From: Candidatus Latescibacterota bacterium
GTDB lineage: Bacteria > Latescibacterota > UBA2968 > UBA8231
Assembly (NCBI GenBank): GCA_965261395.1
Contig: OZ253462.1
Location: 2,304,001-2,368,000, forward strand
Length of the DNA stretch: 64,000 nt
Direction: 5' to 3'
Under the pieces are notes generated by a model, which was given only the letters and a program-made list of their open reading frames with translations, ran no database searches and was not told the DNA's origin. A program made the translations under genes and the position numbers. Positions 38,637 to 48,702 of this stretch are shown here, in pieces (positions within the stretch are counted from its first letter, which is position 1; each line of letters starts with the position of its first letter).

Positions 38637-40934
38637 TCAGCGCTGCCAATAGTACGACACTTTGAGTTGCAGCGAGCGGCTGGCTTGCTGCAAACCTCCC
38701 TCCGTATCCCAGACCTGATTGTACACGAGGAACAGATCGCTGCCGGGCAGGTAGCGATAGTTAAATAGAAAATTGCCGCCCGCTAGCTCTTGGGCGCTGT
38801 TCCACTGTAAAAAGCCGCGCAAGAACATGTCGGGCGAGAAGGAATAGAGGAAGCGGTGCCCGAACAGGTGGGTGTTGAAGGTGCCGTTGGGCAGGTTGAT
38901 GTGGTTGAACTCGTAGGTGCCTTCCAGCTCTAGGCGGGCATTGTAGCGCCAGACGGCCTCGGTGGAAGTGCGGTGGCGGATGCCGTTGAAGAAATCGCCG
39001 TATTCGTACGAAGCGCGGCCCGAGAGGCGGCGACTCGAATTGGCGAAGAGATTGAACTGGTAGCTGCCAAATTCGTACGCGCCTGGGGGGATTTCCTGGT
39101 CGTCGCGTATTTCAAAAGCCTCGTCCAACAGCTCGTAGCGCTGGCGGTAGCGCCCCCCGAACCAGTCGCCTATTTCCAAATTGACAAAGGCGGAGAATTC
39201 AAAGTCGCGGCTCTGCAAGGTATTGTTCCGGTCCATCAAGTAGGTAAAGCGCGGCCCGAGCGAGAACATGCGGATCCAGTCGATGGCCGGTCGGGGCCGA
39301 TAGCGTCCGTTGCCTTTGAAGCGGCGGATGTCGGTGCGCGGCACAAAGCCCACTTCGGGCGCAAAATCTTCTTCCACGTCCAGATAGCTCAGGCCGGTCT
39401 CAAAGCGGCCTTGGCGGTAGTCCAGTTCCAGCAGGCCGGCTCGGTCGCGGCCTTCTATTTGGGAGGTCCAAGTCTTGGCGGCAAAGCCGCGCAGGTTGAG
39501 GGCGGCCTGCAATAGCGACAGGGTGAAGTCCACGCCGCCGGTGCGATTGTAATCACCCTCGGAGCCGGGTTGCTTGTCGATGGCGATAAAGCCGAGGTTG
39601 GAGCGGCCTAGCATATCGCGCTTGATGCGCAGGACCGTGAAGTCGGTCTGGGCCACGCGCAGGGTGTCGGGGATGTTTAGCTGCAAGGTATCGACGATGG
39701 TGTCCTCACTTAGCTCCGCTTGGTCCGCGTCGAGCAAGTCGCCGTCTGCGGTTACAAAGCGGTCCTCCTCCTCTTCATCGACAAAGGTCATGGCTTGGGT
39801 GGTCATGCGCAGAGTGCCGATTTGATAGGGGCCGGCCCGTCCAGTGAGTTTGCCTCCGGCCAATACGGGCAGGTTGTGGCCCTCTTCAATGCCAATGCGA
39901 CGGCTGTAGAATAGCAGGGTAGGTGGTGGCCCGCCGAAGCCCTGCCTTTCGACGCGTTCGCCAAATTCAAAAATGCCGGCTCCTTCGAGAAAAAAGTCGC
40001 GCTTTTCGGGGAAGAACAGGCTGAAGCGGGTGAGGTTGATCTGCTCTTGGTCGGCTTCCACTTGGGCAAAGTCGGTTTTGTAGGACAGGTCCAAGGTCAG
40101 CGCGGGCGTGAGGCCGTATTTGAAATCTAGGCCTAGGTCTAGGTCGTATTCAGTGGAGCCGCCGTCCGTGAAATCGCGTTGGGTGCCGCTGAGCAAGAAA
40201 GGGACGACCGCTAGGGGCGGGCGGCTCTGAAGCTGGCCCAAACCCGTCAGGGTCGCTAGAAGCGAGGTGCGGTAGCGGCCTCTAAAACCATAGGATTGGG
40301 GCGGAGGCACGAGGAAGACTTCCTCGTTTTTGCGGCGAATGGCGCGACCGATGTTAATGCCCCACACGGCTTGGTCGCTGTCGGGATAGCGCACCTGATC
40401 GAAGGGAATGGCCACTTCGGCGCTCCAGCCCAAGCTGTCGATCCGGGTGCGGCTCTGCCAGACGCTGTCCCAGGCTTGGTTGCGGGTGCGGCCCTCGTCG
40501 GTGAGCAGCAGATCTTGACGAGCACCTAGGGGATTGGTGCTAAAGTAAAAGCCGCCGCGACGGTCGTTATAGGGATCGAGGATAATCTGGATATTGTCGT
40601 TTTCGTCCAAGTCGGCATCGCGCCGCATTTGGTTGGCCACTAGGCGGTCGGCCTCGCTGTCGAAACAGCGCAGGGCAAAGTACAGATGGTCGTCGTCAAA
40701 GAGGATGCGGACTTGGGTCTGCTCGGTGGGCGGGGCGCCTTCGATGGGCTCGCGTTGGAAAAAGTCGGCTATGGTTGGGGCTTGGTGCCAGACTAAATCG
40801 TCGAGGCGACCGTCGATGCTAGGGGGTGTGGGTGTACGGGTGGCTTGGACGAAGGGGGTTTCCTGAGTTTGGCCTAGTGTGGCGAGTAGCGCTAGGACGA
40901 CGGCGCTTTTGGCAATGGACGATAGAAGGTTCAA
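38637..40934 (-). CDS. CBM9-like / DUF5916-type outer-membrane protein
   Basis: Signal peptide; IDGRLDD..W, WSAEVAIPF, DFAQVEAD, FPEKRDFFLEG; amphipathic beta-strand C-terminus. Confidence 0.8.
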   Translation of the reverse strand: MNLLSSIAKSAVVLALLATLGQTQETPFVQATRTPTPPSIDGRLDDLVWHQAPTIADFFQREPIEGAPPTEQTQVRILFDDDHLYFALRCFDSEADRLVANQMRRDADLDENDNIQIILDPYNDRRGGFYFSTNPLGARQDLLLTDEGRTRNQAWDSVWQSRTRIDSLGWSAEVAIPFDQVRYPDSDQAVWGINIGRAIRRKNEEVFLVPPPQSYGFRGRYRTSLLATLTGLGQLQSRPPLAVVPFLLSGTQRDFTDGGSTEYDLDLGLDFKYGLTPALTLDLSYKTDFAQVEADQEQINLTRFSLFFPEKRDFFLEGAGIFEFGERVERQGFGGPPPTLLFYSRRIGIEEGHNLPVLAGGKLTGRAGPYQIGTLRMTTQAMTFVDEEEEDRFVTADGDLLDADQAELSEDTIVDTLQLNIPDTLRVAQTDFTVLRIKRDMLGRSNLGFIAIDKQPGSEGDYNRTGGVDFTLSLLQAALNLRGFAAKTWTSQIEGRDRAGLLELDYRQGRFETGLSYLDVEEDFAPEVGFVPRTDIRRFKGNGRYRPRPAIDWIRMFSLGPRFTYLMDRNNTLQSRDFEFSAFVNLEIGDWFGGRYRQRYELLDEAFEIRDDQEIPPGAYEFGSYQFNLFANSSRRLSGRASYEYGDFFNGIRHRTSTEAVWRYNARLELEGTYEFNHINLPNGTFNTHLFGHRFLYSFSPDMFLRGFLQWNSAQELAGGNFLFNYRYLPGSDLFLVYNQVWDTEGGLQQASRSLQLKVSYYWQR

Positions 40935-41097
40935 GATACAGGCTCAGATATTCTCGGTTGAGCAAGTGAAGCTCAATTTTTGCCGTTTCTCTGTCAAGGA
41001 AGATTCAGAGGCATGTTCGACTCTTCGTTGACATGCGATACCGGTCAATCTACCTTCCTCGCCTTTTCGGTCGCAGCATTCCACAACGGAGATCGCG

Positions 41098-42723
41098 ATG
41101 ACTAAACTCCCGCGCCTGATTTTCAATACCGACGGCAACTGGATGCTATTCTACCTGCCGGACCGCAACCCCGACGATGTCACCCATCAGCTCGACGAAC
41201 TGGTCCCGGCCGGCGTTGGCGCCCTCGCCGGACTGATTGGCATTGACGACGACGTGGTCTGGCGCGGCAGTCCGCATTCGGCCATGTGGGGAGACGACAC
41301 CGAAGTCTGGGACCCCGACCCCGACGTGGATGCCGACGGCAATCCGATCCGCAAGATGACGGCCGGTGGCTTCGAACTCAGCCGCCTCGAACAGCTCTAC
41401 AACTGCATGGACGCGGTCATTACTGACGGCCGCGAGCTGATGCAGGTCTATATCCACGGCTGCCGGCGGCACGGCATCGCGGCGATCGCGTCGATGCGGA
41501 TGAACGACGCTCACACCTCCGACGAGGCGCGCGAGTGGCAGGTGCGCAGCCGTCACAAGAAGTCGCGGCCCGACCTGCTGATCGGTTCCCCGACCCCGAC
41601 GCGCTCGGGTGGTGCCGACCGCTGGAACTTCTGTTGGCAATGGGATTACGAGCAGGAGGAGGTGCGCAATCGCTTTCTCGGGCTCGTCGATGAGACGCTG
41701 GAGCGCTACGACTTCGACGGCATCGAACTCGACTGGATGCGCGGGCCACCCTACTTCAGGCCCGGGCGCTTGCTCGACAACCTCGACACCCTCACCGAGT
41801 TCATGCGCCAAGCTCATGCTATAGTGCGCCGCCACAGCGAGCAGAAGGGGAAGGAGATCTCGCTGCTCTCACGGGTACCCCCCTGCCTTGCTGAGGCGCG
41901 TGGCATCGGCATCGACGCATCGACTTGGATCCGCGAGCCGGTGGCGGATCTGTTCGTGCTTTCCTCGGCTTCGTACTGTCCGGCCCGTATCGACATCGCC
42001 GAGGCCGTCGCCTGCGCCGAGGAAAGCAAGGTGCCGATTTACGTGGGCTTCGACGGTGCCACGCATCTGACCTCGCCGCACGAAGGATACGACCGAGGCG
42101 TGCCCGCCGTCTTGCGGGGCGTGGCGTTAAATGGGTACGAACAGGGTGCTGCCGGCGTTTACATTTTCAACTACGACTACCGGCATCATCGCGCTTCGCC
42201 CTTTGAGGAGGAGGAGTACAATGAAGACCATCTCAATCTCCTCACCGATCTGAGCGATCCCGAGCGGCTGGCGCGGCGCGACCGCAGCTATTCAGTGTCT
42301 GATTCGGCCTTGGGGGGTGTCGTCCACCACACGCCTGGGGATCACTACCCGCAGGTGCCTCGCGCCTTGAGCATGCCGGCACGCGCGACTGGCGGTCTCG
42401 GGTACGAGATGACCCTCATCATCGAAGATGACATTGAGGCTGGCTTCGCCGACGGCCGCATCCTCGGCACCGAGCTACGCCTGCATCTCACGGATTACGA
42501 AGCCTGCTTGGATCGCATTTTCTGCCGAGTCAACGATCGCGCTGTCTCGCTCGCTGGTGCCGCGAAGCTGGAAAACCAACTCGGTACTTGGCTCGTCGTG
42601 AAAAATCCCCCCATCCAGCGCGGCAAAAACCTCGTCCTCCTAGGACTCGATGGCCTGCAAACACCCGATCCATGGCCGACGCTGCACCAGTGCGAGGTGA
42701 TGGTTCTGGGGTGTGATAGCTAG
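41098..42723 (+). CDS. Glycoside-hydrolase-like (GHL10-type) TIM-barrel protein
   Basis: SMRMNDAH, YDFDGIELDWMR, GVYIFN. Confidence 0.6.
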   Translation: MTKLPRLIFNTDGNWMLFYLPDRNPDDVTHQLDELVPAGVGALAGLIGIDDDVVWRGSPHSAMWGDDTEVWDPDPDVDADGNPIRKMTAGGFELSRLEQLYNCMDAVITDGRELMQVYIHGCRRHGIAAIASMRMNDAHTSDEAREWQVRSRHKKSRPDLLIGSPTPTRSGGADRWNFCWQWDYEQEEVRNRFLGLVDETLERYDFDGIELDWMRGPPYFRPGRLLDNLDTLTEFMRQAHAIVRRHSEQKGKEISLLSRVPPCLAEARGIGIDASTWIREPVADLFVLSSASYCPARIDIAEAVACAEESKVPIYVGFDGATHLTSPHEGYDRGVPAVLRGVALNGYEQGAAGVYIFNYDYRHHRASPFEEEEYNEDHLNLLTDLSDPERLARRDRSYSVSDSALGGVVHHTPGDHYPQVPRALSMPARATGGLGYEMTLIIEDDIEAGFADGRILGTELRLHLTDYEACLDRIFCRVNDRAVSLAGAAKLENQLGTWLVVKNPPIQRGKNLVLLGLDGLQTPDPWPTLHQCEVMVLGCDS

Positions 42724-42745
42724 GCGGGCTTGTGGAAACACAACG

Positions 42746-42783
42746 GCCCCTCGGCAAGCAGGTCCTGAGCCTGCCGAGGGGCC
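42746..42783. repeat. REP-like palindrome / hairpin between convergent genes
   Basis: GGCCCCTCGGCA...TGCCGAGGGGCC. Confidence 0.55.
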
Positions 42784-42823
42784 GGGGGTCAACGGGCCAG
42801 AGGCCCGGGGCTTCTCGGTGCCG

Positions 42824-43222
42824 CTATTCTTGGCCCTGTCTCGCTCCCCGGGTCAATCCATAGACTACGCCGATTATCGGTATTATGGCGAACATAAAAG
42901 CTAGGGATTTGTCCCCCTTTATCGCGCCTTGGCTAATGGCAGCGTAGACCGCAGCATCCCCGCCGATGTTCACCAACAGCAGCACAACAGCCACACGAGT
43001 GGCCCGCTTGGCGTCAGCTCGGGGGGTCAACACCATTACCAGCAGCGCGATGGCGGCAACCGGATGCACGACCATAATCAGCGCTCGTTCCCAAACGCTA
43101 CCCCCGTCGGCGAATCCGCCGACCAAGGCCGTAGATCCCGTCAGCATCAGTTGGACGATGGCAAGCGCGATCATGGCAATATGGATCGTTCTCACAGCGA
43201 ATCTCCTTTCTTGACCGCTCAC
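42824..43222 (-). CDS. Small membrane protein with about four TM helices
   Basis: Four hydrophobic segments; overlaps the stop of the upstream binding-protein gene. Confidence 0.6.
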   Translation of the reverse strand: MSGQERRFAVRTIHIAMIALAIVQLMLTGSTALVGGFADGGSVWERALIMVVHPVAAIALLVMVLTPRADAKRATRVAVVLLLVNIGGDAAVYAAISQGAIKGDKSLAFMFAIIPIIGVVYGLTRGARQGQE

Positions 43223-44460
43223 GGCGCGGACTGGTACTCTACCGGCAACTGCGCGGTGTCCGTGATGCTTGAATCTGCGTGGTAGTAGATGTTCACGCGT
43301 CCGGTGCCGCAGTCGCCGAAATCGTCGCAGGTGAGTGCGCCGATAATCCCCTGAAAGTCAGTCGTTGCCCCGATTTCTTCGCGCAGCGCGACGCGGTCTA
43401 GGTACAACTTCCCACCTTCCTCTACTCCAACGGATTCAATGGCGCTGAGCAGTAGCGTCGTGGCGTCGTAGGCGTGAAAAAAGAAATTCGCGTCGGTAGC
43501 CGCTTGGTACTCAGCCGACAGCGCACTCGCGTCCTTGCCGGTCACCTGATTGGCGTTGGTGCCGAAATGCGAGTCGTGCCCTGAGAGATAGACTCCTTCT
43601 GATTCCGGCTGCTCGAGAAATTCCTGTGTGCTTGTAGCGGAACCGGCGATGAGCGTTACCTCTGCCAACCCGTCAAACGCCTTTGCTTGGCTGACTAAAT
43701 GATACCCCTCGGCGGCAAAGAGCGGTAGAAAGATGCCGTCCGGTGCGGCAGCCGCAAAGTCCGCGAGCACGGCGCTCATGTCCGTGTCGCCCTTGCTGAC
43801 AGTGGCGATGGCAACGACTTCGCCGCCGATCGCGCTGAAAGAGTTAGCAAAGGAAGTGGCGAGACCGTGTGTGACCGAGTCGCCGTCGTGAATGGTCGCC
43901 ATCCGTCGCAAGCCCAACTCGATATAGGCGAAGTGGGCGACTGCTTGGGCTTGGTAGAGGCCGTTGCTGTACACGCGAAAGTAGCCGGGATGGTAATCCG
44001 GTCCTGGGTTGCCCGCGAGGTCCGACGTGAGATCGGGCGACGCGTTCGCCGGCGAGATCGTCACCAGCCCTGCAGCGCTGAGCACGGGCGAGGCACCCAC
44101 CGACGCCCCGGAACACGCCGGGCCGATGACGCCCACCACTTGCGGGTCGGCGACAATCTGCCGCGCGCCCTCGCTGCCGCCGTCGCTTGAACACATGGTA
44201 TCTATCGGCTGTCCGAGCGCAACTGTGCGACCATGGATGGGGCCATAGTCTGCGACGGCCAACTCGATAGCATCTTGGATCGATTCGGCAATATTCTGCT
44301 GGCCCGTGAGCGGCAGCATGGAGCGCACTTGCACTGCTTCGTCTGCGTCAATCTCGACCGCGCCGAGCGGTCCTGACTCAAAGCCGAGCGGTTCATCCTT
44401 TTCTCCGCACGCTGCCGCGAGCGCGGCAAGTAATGCGACGCGAAATACTCTGTTAGCCAT
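43219..44460 (-). CDS. Branched-chain amino acid (LivK-like) substrate-binding lipoprotein, paralog 1
   Basis: Lipobox AAAC; VGVIGPACSG; AYDATTLLL; FQGIIG; AGGAG RBS. Confidence 0.85.
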   Translation of the reverse strand: MANRVFRVALLAALAAACGEKDEPLGFESGPLGAVEIDADEAVQVRSMLPLTGQQNIAESIQDAIELAVADYGPIHGRTVALGQPIDTMCSSDGGSEGARQIVADPQVVGVIGPACSGASVGASPVLSAAGLVTISPANASPDLTSDLAGNPGPDYHPGYFRVYSNGLYQAQAVAHFAYIELGLRRMATIHDGDSVTHGLATSFANSFSAIGGEVVAIATVSKGDTDMSAVLADFAAAAPDGIFLPLFAAEGYHLVSQAKAFDGLAEVTLIAGSATSTQEFLEQPESEGVYLSGHDSHFGTNANQVTGKDASALSAEYQAATDANFFFHAYDATTLLLSAIESVGVEEGGKLYLDRVALREEIGATTDFQGIIGALTCDDFGDCGTGRVNIYYHADSSITDTAQLPVEYQSAP

Positions 44461-44815
44461 TGGTGTACATCTCCTTATTGGGTTAGCCAGCGGTGTAAGG
44501 TGTGCCACGGTCTATTTCTAATGCTCCGGTGTCCGGCGTCGTAGCTTGGCTCCTATTGGTCATCGCCGCACTATTGATCTTGCCGATTGTGGTCCAAGTA
44601 GATGGAGTCACGTCAAGGAATTTGTCAGGAACGTAAGTTGCCTATGAACGTCTTGGGGGATAGAGGTCGCTTTGACGGAAAAGGACCCTTGTGATGCGGA
44701 TGACTTCATTGCTATCCAATCTGAACTTCAAAAGGTAGATAATGTGTCAGTATAAATAAAGAATACAAAAAGAGAAAACGGTGTGTTCTGATTCGGTCGA
44801 AAGTAATGGTGGGAG

Positions 44816-45760
44816 GTGACGACGATGAGACTCATTGGTCAGAGCACGGTGATGCACCAGTTCCAAGTCAAACTCATGGAAGTAGCATCCATTAATATGA
44901 TGGTGCTGATCTTGGGTGAAACAGGTGTTGGTAAGGGAGTAGCAGCACGGGTATTACACAAGCTGAGTCCTAATTGCGATGGACCTTTTATACAAGTCAA
45001 TTGTGGTGCTCTACCTGAATCGCTGATCGATAGTGAACTCTTTGGGCACGAGAAAGGATCCTTTACTAACGCCGTTTCCCGTCGGCTGGGCAAGGTGGAA
45101 CTGGCCGAAGGCGGCATGCTCTTTTTAGATGAAATCGGCGATATGTCTCTAGCGACACAGGTCCGGATGCTGCGGTTGCTGGAAGATCGCACTTTTGAAC
45201 GCATTGGAGGCAGTGAGACGCTGACAGTGCAGACGCGCATTGTGGCAGCGACTAATCGCAACTTAGAGGAGATGGTTCGCGCGGGTACATTTCGCGAGGA
45301 TCTCTATTATCGCTTCCGCGCCTTTCCAATCTATTTGCCACCGCTACGCGAACGCAAGGAGGATATACCACACTTAGCCGAGTTTTTCAAGGATGGCATG
45401 ACGGCGCATTTGGGTAAGCAAATCGGACCTTTGACGCCAGATATTATAGACGTGCTACAAGCCTATCATTGGCCGGGGAATGTACGGGAACTGGAGCAGA
45501 TCATACAGCGGGCTGTAATAGCGTGCAATGATTCTCTAATCCGAGTAGGAGATCTTGGACTGATGAGTATTATCTTGCCGGTTTTTCAAGGCCAAGAAAT
45601 CGTGCCTTTGGATGAATTTGAGCGCCGCTACATCATCGAAGTACTCAAATCGACCAACTGGCACGTAAAAGGAACAGAGGGGGCGGCAGCTTTGTTAGGC
45701 ATACCTCCTTCGACACTGTATAGCAAAATGAAGAAGTTAGGTATCAAACGCCCTGAATAA
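44816..45760 (+). CDS. Sigma54-type AAA+ activator with a Fis-type HTH and no sensor domain
   Basis: GETGVGK, SELFGHEKGSFTNA, FLDEIG, FREDLYYR, WPGNVREL, C-terminal HTH. Confidence 0.88.
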   Translation: MTTMRLIGQSTVMHQFQVKLMEVASINMMVLILGETGVGKGVAARVLHKLSPNCDGPFIQVNCGALPESLIDSELFGHEKGSFTNAVSRRLGKVELAEGGMLFLDEIGDMSLATQVRMLRLLEDRTFERIGGSETLTVQTRIVAATNRNLEEMVRAGTFREDLYYRFRAFPIYLPPLRERKEDIPHLAEFFKDGMTAHLGKQIGPLTPDIIDVLQAYHWPGNVRELEQIIQRAVIACNDSLIRVGDLGLMSIILPVFQGQEIVPLDEFERRYIIEVLKSTNWHVKGTEGAAALLGIPPSTLYSKMKKLGIKRPE

Positions 45761-45974
45761 AAGATATAACATTCTATTATTAAATAGTATAAAAGCCAGC
45801 ATTCAGGGGCAGGCCGCTAGGGGTTCCAGGCAACTGCCAATTCTTTCTACCGGGCCACTTGCACGGCAACCCGACCCATAGAGCTACGAATGGAGGACAG
45901 CGCTCGTCCGGTTCGTAGCGGATGTTTGCGTTTGCGCGGGCTGCTGTCAAAAGAGACTCAGCTTTCCGTCGGGA

Positions 45975-47234
45975 TCACGGCGCGAACTGGTACACCACCG
46001 GCAACTGCGCGGTGTCCGTTATGCTCGTGTCCGTATGGTGGTAGATGTTGATGCGCCCGGTGCCGCAGTCGCCGAAATCGTCGCAGGAGATCGCGCCGAT
46101 AATCCCCTGAAAGCCGTCCGTTGCGCCGACTCCCTCGCGCAGCGCGGCGCGGTCTATGTACAACTTGCCGCCCTCTTCCACGGCAACGGATTTGATGGCG
46201 CTGAGCAGCACTGTCGTGGCGTCGTACGCATGCGCCCAGTACGGAGAAGTAGGCGATCCGCCGTATGTGGCTTCATACGCGGTGAGCACATCGTCTGCGT
46301 TCTTGCCGGTCGCCGCATTGACGTTCGCGCCGTGGTCCGACTCCGGCCCGGCGAAGTACATGCCCTCTGACTGCGGCGTGCCGAGGAATTCGGACACGAG
46401 GAGAGCTGCACCCGTAATGAGCGTCGCGTTTTCTAGGCCGTCGAACGCCCGCGCCTGTTCGGCAAAGGGCGTGCCTTCGGCTTCGAAGAGCGGGAAGAAG
46501 ATGCCGTCTGGTTCGGCGGCGGCGAATTCCGCGAGGACCTCCGTCATGTCCGTGTCGCCCTTGTCGATGCGGGCAATGACCGCGACTTCGCCGCCGAGCG
46601 CGCCAAACGCATTGCCAAACGCACTGACGAGCGCTGTGGTGTATGGGTCGCCATCGTCAACGGCCACCATGCGCCGCAAACCCAATTCGCTGTAGGCGAA
46701 GTCGGCGACTGCGTTCGCCTGATAGAGGTCATTGTTAGAAGTGCGGAAATAGCCGGGGTGGTAGTTGGGATTGGCGTTGCCGGCGAGGTCGGACGTGAGC
46801 AACGGCGACGTGTTGGACGGCGAGATCATCACCAGCCCCGCCTCGCTGATCACCGGCGAGGCCTCTACAGCCGCGGCCGAGCACGACGTGCCAATGACGC
46901 CGAGCACCTGCGGGTCGGCACTGATCTGCTCGGCACCCGCGCGTCCGCCATCTGGCGAGCACATGCTGTCCATAGACTCGCCGAGTTCGACTGCGCGACC
47001 GTGGACATCGCCGAAATCCCGCACGGCTAACTCGACGCCGTTGCGCAACGCCCCGCCTAGCGACGCCGCGCCAGTGATCGAGAGCAACGAGCGGATCGGC
47101 ACGGCCTCGCCCGCGCCGATCTCGACGGAGCCGAGTGGTCCGGCTTCAAAGCCGAGCGGTTCATCGTCTCCGCCGCACGCTGCCATCAGAGCCGCCAGCA
47201 GCGCGATGTGGAATTTTCTAAACGCATTATTCAT
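45975..47234 (-). CDS. LivK-like substrate-binding lipoprotein, paralog 2
   Basis: Lipobox MAAC; motifs shared with paralogs 1 and 3; AGGAGG RBS. Confidence 0.87.
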   Translation of the reverse strand: MNNAFRKFHIALLAALMAACGGDDEPLGFEAGPLGSVEIGAGEAVPIRSLLSITGAASLGGALRNGVELAVRDFGDVHGRAVELGESMDSMCSPDGGRAGAEQISADPQVLGVIGTSCSAAAVEASPVISEAGLVMISPSNTSPLLTSDLAGNANPNYHPGYFRTSNNDLYQANAVADFAYSELGLRRMVAVDDGDPYTTALVSAFGNAFGALGGEVAVIARIDKGDTDMTEVLAEFAAAEPDGIFFPLFEAEGTPFAEQARAFDGLENATLITGAALLVSEFLGTPQSEGMYFAGPESDHGANVNAATGKNADDVLTAYEATYGGSPTSPYWAHAYDATTVLLSAIKSVAVEEGGKLYIDRAALREGVGATDGFQGIIGAISCDDFGDCGTGRINIYHHTDTSITDTAQLPVVYQFAP

Positions 47235-47272
47235 GGGCTTCAACCTCCTGATTGCTTTACTCGTTAGCTGAC

Positions 47273-48607
47273 TCACGGCGAGGACTGATACACCACCGGC
47301 AACTGCGCGGGATCTGTAACGCCGGAGTCTGTGTGGTAATAGATGTTGGCGCGCCCGGTGCCGCAGTCGCCGAAATCGTCGCAAGAGAGTTCGCCGATGA
47401 TGCCCTGAAAGCCAGCCGTCGCCCCGATCTCCTCGCGCAGCGCGGCGCGGTCTATGTACAACTTCCCACCCCTCTCCACCGCAACGGAGTTGATGGCGCT
47501 GAGTAGCAGCGTTGTGGCGTCGTACGCGTGCGCCCAATACGGAGCGGGATGAGACTCTCCATACGTAGATTCGAGCGTGGCGAGAATCGCATCCCCGTTT
47601 TTGCCGGTCGCCACATTGACGTTTGCGCCGCGAACCAGCTCCGGCCCTGCAAAGTAGATGCCCTCAGACTGCGGTGTGCCGAGGAACTCCGACAGGAGGA
47701 GGGCCGCGTCCGTGATGAGCATCGCGCCTTCCAAGCCATCGAATGCCCGCGCCTGCTCGGCAAAGGGCGTGCCTGCCGATTCGAAGAGCGGGAAGAAGAT
47801 GCCGTCCGGCTCGGCGGCGGCGAATTCCGCGAGGACCTCCGTCATGTCCGTGTCGCCCTTCTCAATCCTAGCGGCGACCGCGACCTCGCCGCCGAGCGCG
47901 CGGAACGCATTGCCAAACGCGATGGTGAGGCCCATGGTGTACGGGTCGCCGTCGTCTATGGACACCATGCGCCGCAATCCCAATTCACTGTAGGCGAAGT
48001 CGGCGGCGGCTTGCCCCTGATAGAGGTCGTTGTTCGCCGTGCGGAAATAGCCGGGGTGGTAGTTGGGACTCGCGTTGCCGGCAAGGTCGGATGTGAGCGC
48101 AGGCGACGTGTTGGACGGCGAGACCATCACTAGCCCTGCCGCGCTGAGCAGCGGTGAGGCCTCCACCGCCGAGCCTGAGCACAATGTACCGATGATGCCC
48201 AGTACCTGCGGGTCGGCGATGACCTGCTCGGCGCTTGTGCGTCCGCCCTCTGGCGAACACATGGCGTCTATTGGCTCGCCGAGTTCAATCTCGTGGCCGT
48301 GGATGTTGCCGAAGTCTTGGATAGCTAACTCGGTGCTGTACCGCAACCATGTAGCAACCGACGGCACAACGGTGTGCGCGAGCAATGAACGGATCTGGAC
48401 GGGCTCGCCGGCACTGACCTCGACCACGCCGAGCGGGTGGACCCGCGACTCGGCTAGCCCTGCGACGGGGAAGCTGGTCCGAGTTATGCTGCTGATTCTG
48501 CGCTTGGCAGCCGCCTCGGTCGGCTGGTTGGCGGAAACGGGATCGCGATCAGAACATGCGCCTAGGGTCAAGGCGCAGGTGAGTAAGAAAAACAGAGCGG
48601 ATTTCAT
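47273..48607 (-). CDS. LivK-like substrate-binding lipoprotein, paralog 3
   Basis: Lipobox LGAC; highly similar to paralog 2 across the core. Confidence 0.87.
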   Translation of the reverse strand: MKSALFFLLTCALTLGACSDRDPVSANQPTEAAAKRRISSITRTSFPVAGLAESRVHPLGVVEVSAGEPVQIRSLLAHTVVPSVATWLRYSTELAIQDFGNIHGHEIELGEPIDAMCSPEGGRTSAEQVIADPQVLGIIGTLCSGSAVEASPLLSAAGLVMVSPSNTSPALTSDLAGNASPNYHPGYFRTANNDLYQGQAAADFAYSELGLRRMVSIDDGDPYTMGLTIAFGNAFRALGGEVAVAARIEKGDTDMTEVLAEFAAAEPDGIFFPLFESAGTPFAEQARAFDGLEGAMLITDAALLLSEFLGTPQSEGIYFAGPELVRGANVNVATGKNGDAILATLESTYGESHPAPYWAHAYDATTLLLSAINSVAVERGGKLYIDRAALREEIGATAGFQGIIGELSCDDFGDCGTGRANIYYHTDSGVTDPAQLPVVYQSSP

Positions 48608-48702
48608 TGGGCCTCCTTTATGGAGTTGGGCAAATGCTCTAAATGCTCTAGTTAATGGTAGCGAGGCTCACGGCGCAAACCGATACACCTCCGGCAATTA
48701 TC

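Noticed and set aside
44490-44510. TGGCAC on the minus strand upstream of LivK paralog 1 as a sigma54 promoter
   Set aside because: No TTGC/GC at the -12 position
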